Assembly: GCA_963727455.1 (NCBI GenBank)
Contig: CAVSGG010000017.1
Coordinates: 64,001-128,000, forward strand
DNA: 64,000 nt
Source of the DNA: Candidatus Krumholzibacteriota bacterium
GTDB taxonomy: Bacteria; Krumholzibacteriota; Krumholzibacteriia; JAJRXK01
Reading direction: 5' to 3'
Shown here in pieces: positions 31,989 through 40,866 of the stretch. A program made the position numbers and the translations under genes. Within the stretch, counting starts at the first letter, position 1, and each line of letters begins with the position of its first letter. Under the pieces are notes generated by a model. It was not told the DNA's origin, ran no database searches, and worked only from the letters and a program-made list of their open reading frames with translations.

Positions 31989-32620
31989 TGACGCAGCCGG
32001 CGCGAATCGGCGTTCTCGCTCTGCAAGGAGATTTTGCCGCCCATCTTCAACTGTTGAAGGAGATGGGGGTCGAGGCGACCACGGTGCGGCGTCGCGAAGA
32101 GCTAGGGGAACTCTCAGGATTGATCATCCCCGGCGGCGAGAGCACCACACTCGTCAAGTTGCTTCACGCCAACGATCTCATCCAGCCCATTGAGGAATTC
32201 GCAAGAGAACACAGTGTCATGGGCACTTGTGCAGGCGCGATTCTGATGGCCACCGAGCTCGAGGATTCCGGGGGTGTGCGGCCGTTGGGCCTTCTGGACA
32301 TGACCGTGCGCCGCAATGGCTTCGGACGACAGATCGATTCCTTCGAAGACAGAATCACCGTCACCTGCGAGTTCGAGGGGCCGGCGCCCCGAGGGGGGAT
32401 CTTCATCCGCGCTCCCCGGATTCTGCGCGTGGGGAGTGGGGTGGAGGTGATCGCAGTTTACCGGCAGGAGCCGGTGGCGGTGCGCTCGCGGGGAGGCTCT
32501 CCACAGCATCTTGCCCTCACCTTTCATCCTGAATTACATGGAGTTAGCTCGTGGCATCAGTTGTGGCTTGCGACGAGCATTGCAAAAAGAGAAACAGTAT
32601 CTGAATCTCCGCTTCCTTGA
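31988..32620 (+). CDS. pdxT: Pyridoxal 5'-phosphate synthase, glutaminase subunit
   Basis: LALQG, PGGEST, GTCAG, FIRAP, FHPEL. Confidence 0.95.
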   Translation: MTQPARIGVLALQGDFAAHLQLLKEMGVEATTVRRREELGELSGLIIPGGESTTLVKLLHANDLIQPIEEFAREHSVMGTCAGAILMATELEDSGGVRPLGLLDMTVRRNGFGRQIDSFEDRITVTCEFEGPAPRGGIFIRAPRILRVGSGVEVIAVYRQEPVAVRSRGGSPQHLALTFHPELHGVSSWHQLWLATSIAKRETVSESPLP

Positions 32621-32771
32621 ATTTCGTCCAGTACCGAACCGCCAGATGGGCTCAAAATCGGGTCTCTTGCCCTCTTGCGCCCATTTCTGATACACTGGCA
32701 GAGTCCATAGTCACAGGCTCCCTCACCTGGATCACACGACCTGTACGCCGGACAACCCGATAGGAGAGAGA

Positions 32772-33467
32772 ATGTCCCAACGCTATCGCATCTTGTTTTT
32801 GTCCCTCATGGTGTTGGCGATCGCAGCGCTTAGCACAGCTGCGTTCGCCGATCCCTGTCTCACGGTCTATCCCACTGGTCCCACGGTCTATCATTACGAC
32901 ATGAACGAATATTATGTCGTGGGACCGGGCGATCCTCTGTACGACCCGATGTACGACCGTGGTGGCTACGTACTCATCGATTCCAATACGATGGACATCG
33001 ATATGAGCATCTACCAAGCGCCGAACCTCGTGGGCTTCGCGCCTAGCACCGACGGGATGGATGGTTATTTCTTCGAGGGCTACAGCTTTCAGCTCGTCAT
33101 CGATGGATTCAGTCACACGCCCACGACCTATGAGAACATCATTCTCGTCATCAATCCTCTGCCGGCTTCGTGTCCTCCCATGGTCACGGTCGACGGAAAC
33201 GCGGTGACGGGCGGTACCTATCCCCTCGGGAGCCTCGCGGTGAGCACGCCAACCGCCGAGGGTAACAACTACTCTGACACCATGGTGCTCGATGTCACCT
33301 GGGCCCAGTGCGCCGAGATGCAGTTTTGGGCCTACGATGATGAAAACTACAACGGCATGAAAGACGGCGGCGAGTGCTTCAGTGCCTTCTCGCACGACAC
33401 CACCGTACCCACGTCTCGCGTTTCGATCGGAACGATCAAGGCGCAGTACGGGGGCGCTGGGCAATAG
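32772..33467 (+). CDS. Hypothetical secreted acidic protein with SIGTIKAQY tail
   Basis: RBS AGGAG; signal peptide ending AAFA; upstream TTGCCC-18nt-TACACT. Confidence 0.75.
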   Translation: MSQRYRILFLSLMVLAIAALSTAAFADPCLTVYPTGPTVYHYDMNEYYVVGPGDPLYDPMYDRGGYVLIDSNTMDIDMSIYQAPNLVGFAPSTDGMDGYFFEGYSFQLVIDGFSHTPTTYENIILVINPLPASCPPMVTVDGNAVTGGTYPLGSLAVSTPTAEGNNYSDTMVLDVTWAQCAEMQFWAYDDENYNGMKDGGECFSAFSHDTTVPTSRVSIGTIKAQYGGAGQ

Positions 33468-34446
33468 CGGGGGCCTCGCGTTCCGCCGCTTTCATGAGCT
33501 CTTGGAACGACCGCAAGGTTGTACGGGCCGTGACGGTTATTCTGGCAAGATGCCAGGTGCTGTCGCGGCCCGGCTCGTTTGTGCCCGCCGCCAGGCTCAG
33601 ACTTCCGTGGTAGCCCTCGCGGGCGGCCAGGGAATCGAGCGGTGAAGAGGCCCATCCGTAGGGCCAAGCCAGCCATTTCGCGGGATGACCCAGGTGCCTC
33701 TGCAAGCTGTGAGTGGACCTGCGCAGGTCCAGGCTCACGAAGAGTTTGCCTTGGCGTAGAGGCGGGCCCTCGTAGGGAACCTCGTGCAGGAACACCGGCT
33801 GCATCTTGCCGTTTGGACCCTTGACCTTGTAGTGCATGTCATCGGAGTGACTCTCGACTCTGAAGACACCCGTTCTTTCCAGGCTTCGGAGCTGACTCCA
33901 ATCGAGGGAACGCACTTCCTTCCATTCCTCCCCGACTTTCGAAGTGACCACCATGATGGTGGCCTTCATTCCGTAGCGCTTTAGGACGGGATAGGCGTAG
34001 CGGAGGATGCTTACATCTCCGTCGTCGAAGGTGATGACGATCGGCTTCGGTGGACCCATCTCCTTGCCCGCGAGAATTCTCTCGAGCTCGTCCAGGCCGA
34101 TAGTGGTGTAGCCATTGTCCGCGAGCCATTTCATGTGCCGCGCGAACAGCTCCGCTGGCGTGGTCCAATACTCGCGCTCTTTGATGGTGGGAAGGTTGAA
34201 GAGCACGGCACCCAGAACGCGCATGAGATAGACTGGACCCGTGCCTCCGCGCAGATAGTGATAGCAGAGAATGGGCACGCCCCCCGCGCGGAATTTGGCC
34301 GGGTCGAGATCGATCTTGGCTGGCTCCTCGATCTCCAGGTAATCAGCGCGGGAGCCATAATCCTGGTAGGTCGCGTAGTACTGGCGCCACACCACCAGCG
34401 AGGGGATGGTCAAGAGGAAGAGGGCGATGAGGAGGAGCCGGCGCAT
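33436..34446 (-). CDS. Polysaccharide (PNAG) N-deacetylase, CE4, IcaB/PgaB-like without glycoside hydrolase domain
   Basis: PILCYH, TFDDG, HSDDMH, AWPYG; N-terminal TM helix. Confidence 0.85.
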   Translation of the reverse strand: MRRLLLIALFLLTIPSLVVWRQYYATYQDYGSRADYLEIEEPAKIDLDPAKFRAGGVPILCYHYLRGGTGPVYLMRVLGAVLFNLPTIKEREYWTTPAELFARHMKWLADNGYTTIGLDELERILAGKEMGPPKPIVITFDDGDVSILRYAYPVLKRYGMKATIMVVTSKVGEEWKEVRSLDWSQLRSLERTGVFRVESHSDDMHYKVKGPNGKMQPVFLHEVPYEGPPLRQGKLFVSLDLRRSTHSLQRHLGHPAKWLAWPYGWASSPLDSLAAREGYHGSLSLAAGTNEPGRDSTWHLARITVTARTTLRSFQELMKAAEREAPAIAQRPRTAP

Positions 34447-34452
34447 GGGTGT

Positions 34453-36036
34453 TCAGAATTTGGTGTGCAGGGCGAGGGCGGCGAATTTCCGCGTATAGCC
34501 TCCCGCCGAGGACAGCTTGCTGTCACTGCTCCCCGCCGAGAGCTCAAGACGCCAGCGCGAAGCAATCCGCCAGCTGAGATCGGCGCTTCCGCTGAAGACT
34601 CCGTAGTCCTCCTCGTCGGCCCACTCGTGGCCCAGCCCGGCTTCCAAGCCCATGCTGAGGCGCGGATCGATCTCGCCCTCCAGTCTTGCCGACGCGCGCG
34701 CATTGAAGAAGTCGCTGGGATTCCAGTAACCCCGGTCGCTGAGATGTGAGAATCGGAAGGCGGTCAGGGAGGGATTGAGAGTCAGTCGCCAACTTCGCCC
34801 GCGGCTGAAGGCCAAGCCCGAGGAGAGGTAGCTGCGCCCGTTGCCATCGCTGTAATCGGAGTATTGAAGCAGCGCACTCCATACGAGATTCGTCCGCAAA
34901 TTCCAGTCGGCACTCGCCGCAAAACTGGTGACCGCGATCTCCTCGCTCAAGGCACGTGGCGTGTCGACGAAGTTACGATTCGTGGATAGATCCACCCGCC
35001 AGCGAGTCTCCGCCCACCAGGTGAACCAGGCATCCCAAGCCAGCAGGAAGTAGTCGACCTTGTCCGGCGCACCGTTCACCACCGGGGCATCACTGCTGAA
35101 CTTCAGGGCAGAGAGATAGGCGTGAATCTGTGTGGCGGGCGAAGGACGCGCGCCACCACCAAGCACAAGGCCCAAGTGGTCGATATCGGGTTGACCGTCC
35201 TGCCAAAAACGTCCCTGCCGTGCCGCGATCCTCAGATCCTGCCAGCGCGGGGTGGACGATTCGTACGCCAACTCGTTGCTCAGTATCTTCAACTCGTCGC
35301 TGTCCTTGGTGACACGGCTCCTCGCGACGAGCTCGGGGTGCTCAGACGAAAGGATGCGCTGGCGCAGAGCTTCCGCATCGGGGTTTGCCCTCAAAGGGGC
35401 GAGAGCAGCGAGCGCCAGATGCAGTTCATCGGCCCAGGCCCAACTTTGCGCCAGGCCCAGGCGGGCCTCCGTGCTTTCGGGATGGTCGTCGAGAATCCGT
35501 TGGAAGTTACGCGCCGCCTGCCGATTGCGTCCCATCCAGCTCAGACTTCTGGCTTCTCCTAGGCGCGCCTCCAGTAGCCCGGGATGTCCCACCAGGATTC
35601 GCCGGTACTCTTGCCAGGCCCTCCGGTTCTGGTCGGTCCAGTTGAGGGCCCGGGCGTATCCGATACGGGCGTCCACCTCGCCCGGCTCCGTCTCGAGCCG
35701 CCTCTCGAACCAGGGAATCGCCTTCTGCGGCTCGTCATTCCAGTTGTACTGATGCCCCAGCTCGTCGGCGTAGAGCGGAACCAGGGAGGGATCCAGCTCG
35801 AAGGCCTTCAAGTAAGCCTGGATTGCTTCGGGGTGGTGGTCGGCAGCAGCGTACTCGCGGGCCTGCGCGAGAGACCGGAGAGCGGAACTGTGAGCCTGCT
35901 CGGGAGGCGCCGCGACTGGCGCTGGCGCAGCGAGCGTCGCACCGACGACGCCCCCCGGAGCAAGCGTGCCTCCAAGCAGCCCGGCCAAAAGCACGAGCTG
36001 AAAGGACCAGGAGTGCCCCAACCGCCTTCTAGACAT
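34453..36036 (-). CDS. PgaA-like export protein (TPR repeats + beta-barrel)
   Basis: Signal peptide; repeats ARIGYARALNW / ARLGEARSLSW / ARLGLAQSWAW; GYWNP; C-terminal Phe; operon context. Confidence 0.72.
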   Translation of the reverse strand: MSRRRLGHSWSFQLVLLAGLLGGTLAPGGVVGATLAAPAPVAAPPEQAHSSALRSLAQAREYAAADHHPEAIQAYLKAFELDPSLVPLYADELGHQYNWNDEPQKAIPWFERRLETEPGEVDARIGYARALNWTDQNRRAWQEYRRILVGHPGLLEARLGEARSLSWMGRNRQAARNFQRILDDHPESTEARLGLAQSWAWADELHLALAALAPLRANPDAEALRQRILSSEHPELVARSRVTKDSDELKILSNELAYESSTPRWQDLRIAARQGRFWQDGQPDIDHLGLVLGGGARPSPATQIHAYLSALKFSSDAPVVNGAPDKVDYFLLAWDAWFTWWAETRWRVDLSTNRNFVDTPRALSEEIAVTSFAASADWNLRTNLVWSALLQYSDYSDGNGRSYLSSGLAFSRGRSWRLTLNPSLTAFRFSHLSDRGYWNPSDFFNARASARLEGEIDPRLSMGLEAGLGHEWADEEDYGVFSGSADLSWRIASRWRLELSAGSSDSKLSSAGGYTRKFAALALHTKF

Positions 36037-37291
36037 CACGCACCGGTGTCCAGCGTGTGACACCGTCCCCACCCCCTCTCCCAAAGAAGGCACGGGGAGT
36101 CGTCCAGGTCGTGACCACCGCGAGGATCATCCAGTAGATGATCGGATAGAGCACTGCTACGGCGAAGTATCGACCGATACGGGGGTCGTAGCGGCGATCG
36201 AGGAGCACGCCGGTCAAGAGTTGCAAGAGGCATACCGTTCCGATCAACATGCCCCACCAATTCGGCACGGGAGAGGCTCCGACCGGGGGGTATCCCGCCA
36301 TGTAGGACAGGGTCCAGAGCACGACCATCCAGGTGTAGGTGTAGGCCCAAGTGATCGAGAGTGTGCTCTCGGCCAGCACCGGCCAGAGACGGCGGTGCTT
36401 CCACTGCAGGACCGTGCCGCCGTGCCGTCTCAGGACCTGCGCCAGTCCCAGGGCCCAGCGCGAACGCTGTTTCCAGAGGCCCTTCAAGTTGCGTGGAACC
36501 TTCATCCAGACGATCGCCCGCGGCTCGTAGCGCACGTCCCAATGGTGCAGCTGCAGCTTCCAAGTGAGATCGATGTCCTCGGTGGCCATGTCGGGGCTGT
36601 ACATCCCAGCATCCAGAATCGCCGCGCGATGAAAGGCCCCCACGACGCCGCTCATGGTCAGGATTCTGCCCCAGATTCGCTGCGCCCGTCTCTGCAGGGA
36701 AATGATGGAGGTGAACTCGATCGCCTCGAGCTTGGCCAGGAAAGTCTTGCGATTCTCGACTCTGGGATTCCCGGTTACTCCTCCGACGCGGGGAGACTTG
36801 AAGTGGGGCACGATCATGCGCAGAAGTTGAGGCTCGGGAGTGGCGTCGGCGTCCATCACCACCAGGATCTCGCCGCGGGCCATCCGTACCGCGTCGTTCA
36901 GCGCCATGGCCTTTCCCTCGTTGAACTTCTTGCGAAGAAGTCGAATGCGCCCCTGCCTTACCAGGGGCATGATTTTGTCGACGGTGCCATCGGTACTGCA
37001 GTCGTCGATGACGACCACCTCGAAATCGGGATAATCGACGGCGAGCATTCCTTCCAGGCTGTGCAGAATATGCTCTTCCTCATTGAAGGCGGGAATGAGG
37101 AAGCTCACCGGCGGAAAGGTCTCGAGCGTGTAGAAGTCGTCGTCGATTTCCCGCTCCCGTCGCAGAAAGTAGACTGCGCTGGTGAAGACCCACATGAGAC
37201 TGGTCAGAATCGGGTACCAGGCGAAGAAGACCAGTGCCGCCAGGTAGATCCAGTGCCTTTGAATGGCCTCGAGAATTGGCAGAAGAGTCAC
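36029..37291 (-). CDS. pgaC: Poly-beta-1,6-N-acetylglucosamine synthase (GT2)
   Basis: IPAFNEE, DDCSTD, KAMALN, DAD, GNPRVENR, TEDIDLTW, QRSRW. Confidence 0.88.
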   Translation of the reverse strand: MTLLPILEAIQRHWIYLAALVFFAWYPILTSLMWVFTSAVYFLRREREIDDDFYTLETFPPVSFLIPAFNEEEHILHSLEGMLAVDYPDFEVVVIDDCSTDGTVDKIMPLVRQGRIRLLRKKFNEGKAMALNDAVRMARGEILVVMDADATPEPQLLRMIVPHFKSPRVGGVTGNPRVENRKTFLAKLEAIEFTSIISLQRRAQRIWGRILTMSGVVGAFHRAAILDAGMYSPDMATEDIDLTWKLQLHHWDVRYEPRAIVWMKVPRNLKGLWKQRSRWALGLAQVLRRHGGTVLQWKHRRLWPVLAESTLSITWAYTYTWMVVLWTLSYMAGYPPVGASPVPNWWGMLIGTVCLLQLLTGVLLDRRYDPRIGRYFAVAVLYPIIYWMILAVVTTWTTPRAFFGRGGGDGVTRWTPVRDV

Positions 37292-37680
37292 GGTCGTCCC
37301 TCCTCGGCCGGGGGAGCGGTCGCGTGGTAGCGTTTCACTCCACCATCCTGCAGGACTTCGAGTTCGACATAGTGTGCCGAGCTGAGAGGCTCCGTGCCCA
37401 TCTCCTCGATTTTCCTGCCGAGAGTGTCGTACTCCGATTCCGAGGGAGGATTACGCCGGTTCTTGCGTCTACCCTGGGCTCTTCGTGCCACCTGCAGATT
37501 GTGCCGAATCCAGAACAAGGTCACCAAGCACACGAAACCCACCGAGGCAAAGAGGATAGTCAAGGCCGACAGGGTGGCTGGATTGAGACGGCGGCGGCTC
37601 ACCAGCCACCAGTAGTAGGCAAAGAGCACCCATGCGATCAATGCGAGCGCACTTTGACTCAAAACTCTGCGCCTCATCAC
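37288..37680 (-). CDS. PgaD-like small two-TM protein
   Basis: Two TM helices then WIRHN...RR (PgaD-type W-x-x-[YH]-N); overlaps pgaC start. Confidence 0.6.
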   Translation of the reverse strand: MMRRRVLSQSALALIAWVLFAYYWWLVSRRRLNPATLSALTILFASVGFVCLVTLFWIRHNLQVARRAQGRRKNRRNPPSESEYDTLGRKIEEMGTEPLSSAHYVELEVLQDGGVKRYHATAPPAEEGRP

Positions 37681-37871
37681 GCACTTCCTCTCGGTGGCCG
37701 TCTTTGCTGTCCGTCGCCCCATGGTTCCGCGGTTCGGCACCCATTGGGTGCCGCGCTTCCCGCTTCTTCCCCATGGGGGAGAGGCATTCCCCGCGAGAAG
37801 AGCGGCCGCGGGACCACGGCCTTCCTCTCGCTGAGAGAAGGTCTCACAAACTTCGGCCACCTCGGAAGATC

Positions 37872-37887
37872 TGCAACCCTGGGGCCA
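37872..37887 (-). promoter_or_regulatory. sigma54 -24/-12 promoter candidate for the PNAG operon
   Basis: Minus strand TGGCCCCAGGGTTGCA. Confidence 0.55.
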
Positions 37888-37913
37888 AGCGGGACATGCG
37901 GGATCCCATCTGC

Positions 37914-37942
37914 TTGACGGTTGCCGGTCACCCTTCTAACCT
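37914..37942 (+). promoter_or_regulatory. sigma70-type promoter candidate
   Basis: TTGACG-17nt-TAACCT. Confidence 0.6.
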
Positions 37943-38036
37943 CTAACGGATCTTGAGCTTGGAAGGATTTGCCCGGACCCGGATATCCGCTGGACCGGCG
38001 CCGATTTCGGAATGATCGGGAACTTCGGAGGACAAC

Positions 38037-40859
38037 GTGCGCACTCTCGCTCTCAACCGCAAAGTCTTGCCCAGCATCCTCTTGGCGCTGCTGTTCAGTG
38101 CGTGCACCCAGGGCTCGAAGCTGGAGCTGCGCACCGAGCCCGCCTCCGAGCTCACTAGGCCCGCAGCCCCGCCCGACAGCAGCCTGCACGAGTATACACT
38201 AGCCAACGGGCTGACCCTGGCCGTACGAGAGGACCACCGCAGCCCCCTGGTGGCCATCGTGACGCGCGTTGGTTCAGGTTATCTGCAAGAGAGCGAATCA
38301 CAGAGCGGTTGGAGCCACCTCCTGGAACATGTGATCTTGCGGGGTACGAAGACCCATCCAGCTCCCGGGGAAGTCGATTCCCTCGTGGCGAGCATGGGTG
38401 GGGTCATCAACGGCGCCACGAACTATGACCACAGCGAGACCTTCTTGGTAGTTCCCACTGCTCAAGTCCAGCCGGCCCTGAGTTTGATGGCGGAGATTTA
38501 TCGTGAGCCTCTGCTGGATGCGCGAGTAGTGGCCCGCGAGAAGCAGGCTGTGAAAGTGGAAATCCAGCAGAAACTGGAGCAACCCGTGGCCCACGCCCGC
38601 GACCAGCTGCTGCAACTCATGTTCTCCCGGAATGCCATGGGGCGGGGACAGGGCCAGAGCTTGGCTGCCCTGGACTCCGTGGATCGAGACGCTCTTCTGG
38701 CCTTTCACGAGGAGCAGTACCGTCCATCCAATACCGTTCTCAGCATCGCGGGCGACGTCGACCCCGAGGTCATCTATTCGCAGGTGCTAGCGCTATTGGG
38801 CGAAGTACCGCGAGGTGAACTGCGACGGCATCGTGCTCCCGACGAGCCGGCACCGACCGCAGTACGCTTCAAGAGGGAATTGGGCCCCTACGATCCCAAC
38901 CTGGTCATGGTGGGTTTTCCGCTTTCGGGGACCACCGCGAAGGACTTGCCGGCGCTGCAGGTCTTGAGTCAGCTTCTGGTGAATGGAAACGCTTCGCGCA
39001 TGAAAATGCCGCTGATGGTCCAACAAGATCTCCTCGAGGGCTGTTCCTCCCGAGTCGTTCTCAATGCCAACAGCGGACTCTTCGAAGTGCTCATCCAAGC
39101 CCGGTCCAAGGCGGATGATCAAGGTCTCCGAAAACTGTTTACGGAACTGGATCGCATTCGCCGCTTCGGCGTGCTCCAGAGCGAGCTCGCAGCGGCGCGA
39201 ATGCAGCTGAAGAATCGCTGGTGGTCGCAGCGAGAAGATGTGCTCTCGATCGCGCGGATTCAAGCGGCAGAACTCGGGCCTCGCGGCCGACAATCTTCTC
39301 CCGAGAAGTGGGATGCCGTTTCGGTGAAAGACATCCAGGAAGCGATCACGCGATGGCTTCAGATTCCTCGCGCCAGCGTGGTCGAGTTGTTGAACGAAGA
39401 GTCGAGCCGGGCGAGGCCGTTCTACAAGCGGCTGGATGCGACCACCATGCAGGAGCATCTTCAGGGAGCGGTTCTAGCTGCCGCGCAGCACGCAAAGGCG
39501 CCGATCACTCCAGCGCCTCCTCCGTCCGATCATTCTCGCCTGGCGCTGGGAGGGTGGTCGAAAACCTTCGAGCATCCGAGCGACGCCGACGCGGGCATCC
39601 ATCGCTATCAGTTCGACAACGGTGCGATTCTCATCGTGGACACGACGGCAGATACCCCGGTGTGCTCGGTGAGCCTGCGCTTCAGGGGTGGGCGCGTGGC
39701 GGAAGTGCAGAACACAGCGGGACTGACCAGCTTGCTCCAGGCATTTATGCTCGGAGAAACTACTACGCGTGATGCGGTCTCCATGGCAGTCGAACTGGAC
39801 GGCCTGGGAAGTACTGTGGTGCCGACACGAGGGATGGACTCCTTCGGATTTCGCATGAACGTGCAAGGCGCGGATCTGCCCTACGCTTTCGACATCCTCT
39901 ACGACATCATCAAGAATCCGCTGCTGAATATGCAGAAGCGATACTTCAACTTGCTCAACCAGCGCGGGCGCGAACTGAAACGAGAGAGCGCGCAACTCTT
40001 CGACTCGACGAATGAGCTGGTTCGTGAGGCGGCGTGGGGTCCGAATGGGTATGGAGCACCCGAGTTGGGAACCATCCAGTCCATGCGTGGACTGAGCCCG
40101 CCTCGGATCCAGGAGTTTTACGCCGAGAACTGCAACCCGAGCAACGCGGTCATCGTGGTCGCCGGTGATCTGGATCCCGAAGATGTGCGCGAGTTTCTCG
40201 AACTCTACATGCGCGATTGGAGTGACGCCAGTGATCTCTATCCGGCCGGCGCCAAGGCGTATTTCAGCTCGGACCTCATCGGGACTCTGCCCGAGCTCGA
40301 ATCGGGCTCTACGAAGGAAGTGCATCGCCCGGATCCTCTGGCCGCTCTGCAAATCGGCTTTCCCGCGCCCAGCGAGCGCGACACACTCTCTCTGAGCTAT
40401 CGCGTGTTCTCGGCCTGGATGGAGGGTCCGGCGAGCCCCCTTCGGGCAGCGCTCGTCAAGCGGGGGTACGCGGGCCCCGTCTCCATGCACGATCAAAGAG
40501 GCGCGCTCGGGAGTCTCTTCTGCCTCTATACGGTCAGCCCATCCACAGAGCTCGAATCTGCCCAGAAGGAGCTTCTCGCTGCGGCGCGCAGCGTGGCTGA
40601 TGTCCGCTTGAGCGAGGAGCAATTCGCGCGCACTAAATCGTACTTGGAGACCTCTTTCCTCCTGAGGAGGCAGAATCTGGCCGAGCGGAGTGCTTTCCTG
40701 GCACAGCGCGAGATACTGGGTCTGAAGCTCGAGAACTTGTCCGATCACGCAGCCGATTTTGCCGCGGTGAACTTGGAGTCGGTACAATCGCTCAGCGAGA
40801 AGATTTTGCGGGGACCCTACGCGCTTGGACGGGTGAACGGCACGGTGAGCGAGAAATAG
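38037..40859 (+). CDS. M16 family zinc peptidase, fused two-module form, probable lipoprotein
   Basis: HLLEH inverted zinc motif; NGATNYD; second module lacks the motif; lipobox-like LLFSAC. Confidence 0.88.
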   Translation: MRTLALNRKVLPSILLALLFSACTQGSKLELRTEPASELTRPAAPPDSSLHEYTLANGLTLAVREDHRSPLVAIVTRVGSGYLQESESQSGWSHLLEHVILRGTKTHPAPGEVDSLVASMGGVINGATNYDHSETFLVVPTAQVQPALSLMAEIYREPLLDARVVAREKQAVKVEIQQKLEQPVAHARDQLLQLMFSRNAMGRGQGQSLAALDSVDRDALLAFHEEQYRPSNTVLSIAGDVDPEVIYSQVLALLGEVPRGELRRHRAPDEPAPTAVRFKRELGPYDPNLVMVGFPLSGTTAKDLPALQVLSQLLVNGNASRMKMPLMVQQDLLEGCSSRVVLNANSGLFEVLIQARSKADDQGLRKLFTELDRIRRFGVLQSELAAARMQLKNRWWSQREDVLSIARIQAAELGPRGRQSSPEKWDAVSVKDIQEAITRWLQIPRASVVELLNEESSRARPFYKRLDATTMQEHLQGAVLAAAQHAKAPITPAPPPSDHSRLALGGWSKTFEHPSDADAGIHRYQFDNGAILIVDTTADTPVCSVSLRFRGGRVAEVQNTAGLTSLLQAFMLGETTTRDAVSMAVELDGLGSTVVPTRGMDSFGFRMNVQGADLPYAFDILYDIIKNPLLNMQKRYFNLLNQRGRELKRESAQLFDSTNELVREAAWGPNGYGAPELGTIQSMRGLSPPRIQEFYAENCNPSNAVIVVAGDLDPEDVREFLELYMRDWSDASDLYPAGAKAYFSSDLIGTLPELESGSTKEVHRPDPLAALQIGFPAPSERDTLSLSYRVFSAWMEGPASPLRAALVKRGYAGPVSMHDQRGALGSLFCLYTVSPSTELESAQKELLAAARSVADVRLSEEQFARTKSYLETSFLLRRQNLAERSAFLAQREILGLKLENLSDHAADFAAVNLESVQSLSEKILRGPYALGRVNGTVSEK

Positions 40860-40866
40860 GGAGAGC

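Noticed and set aside
37681-37860. 60-aa N-terminal extension of the PgaD-like ORF
   Set aside because: An RBS sits before GTG 37680; the region is better explained as a structured leader
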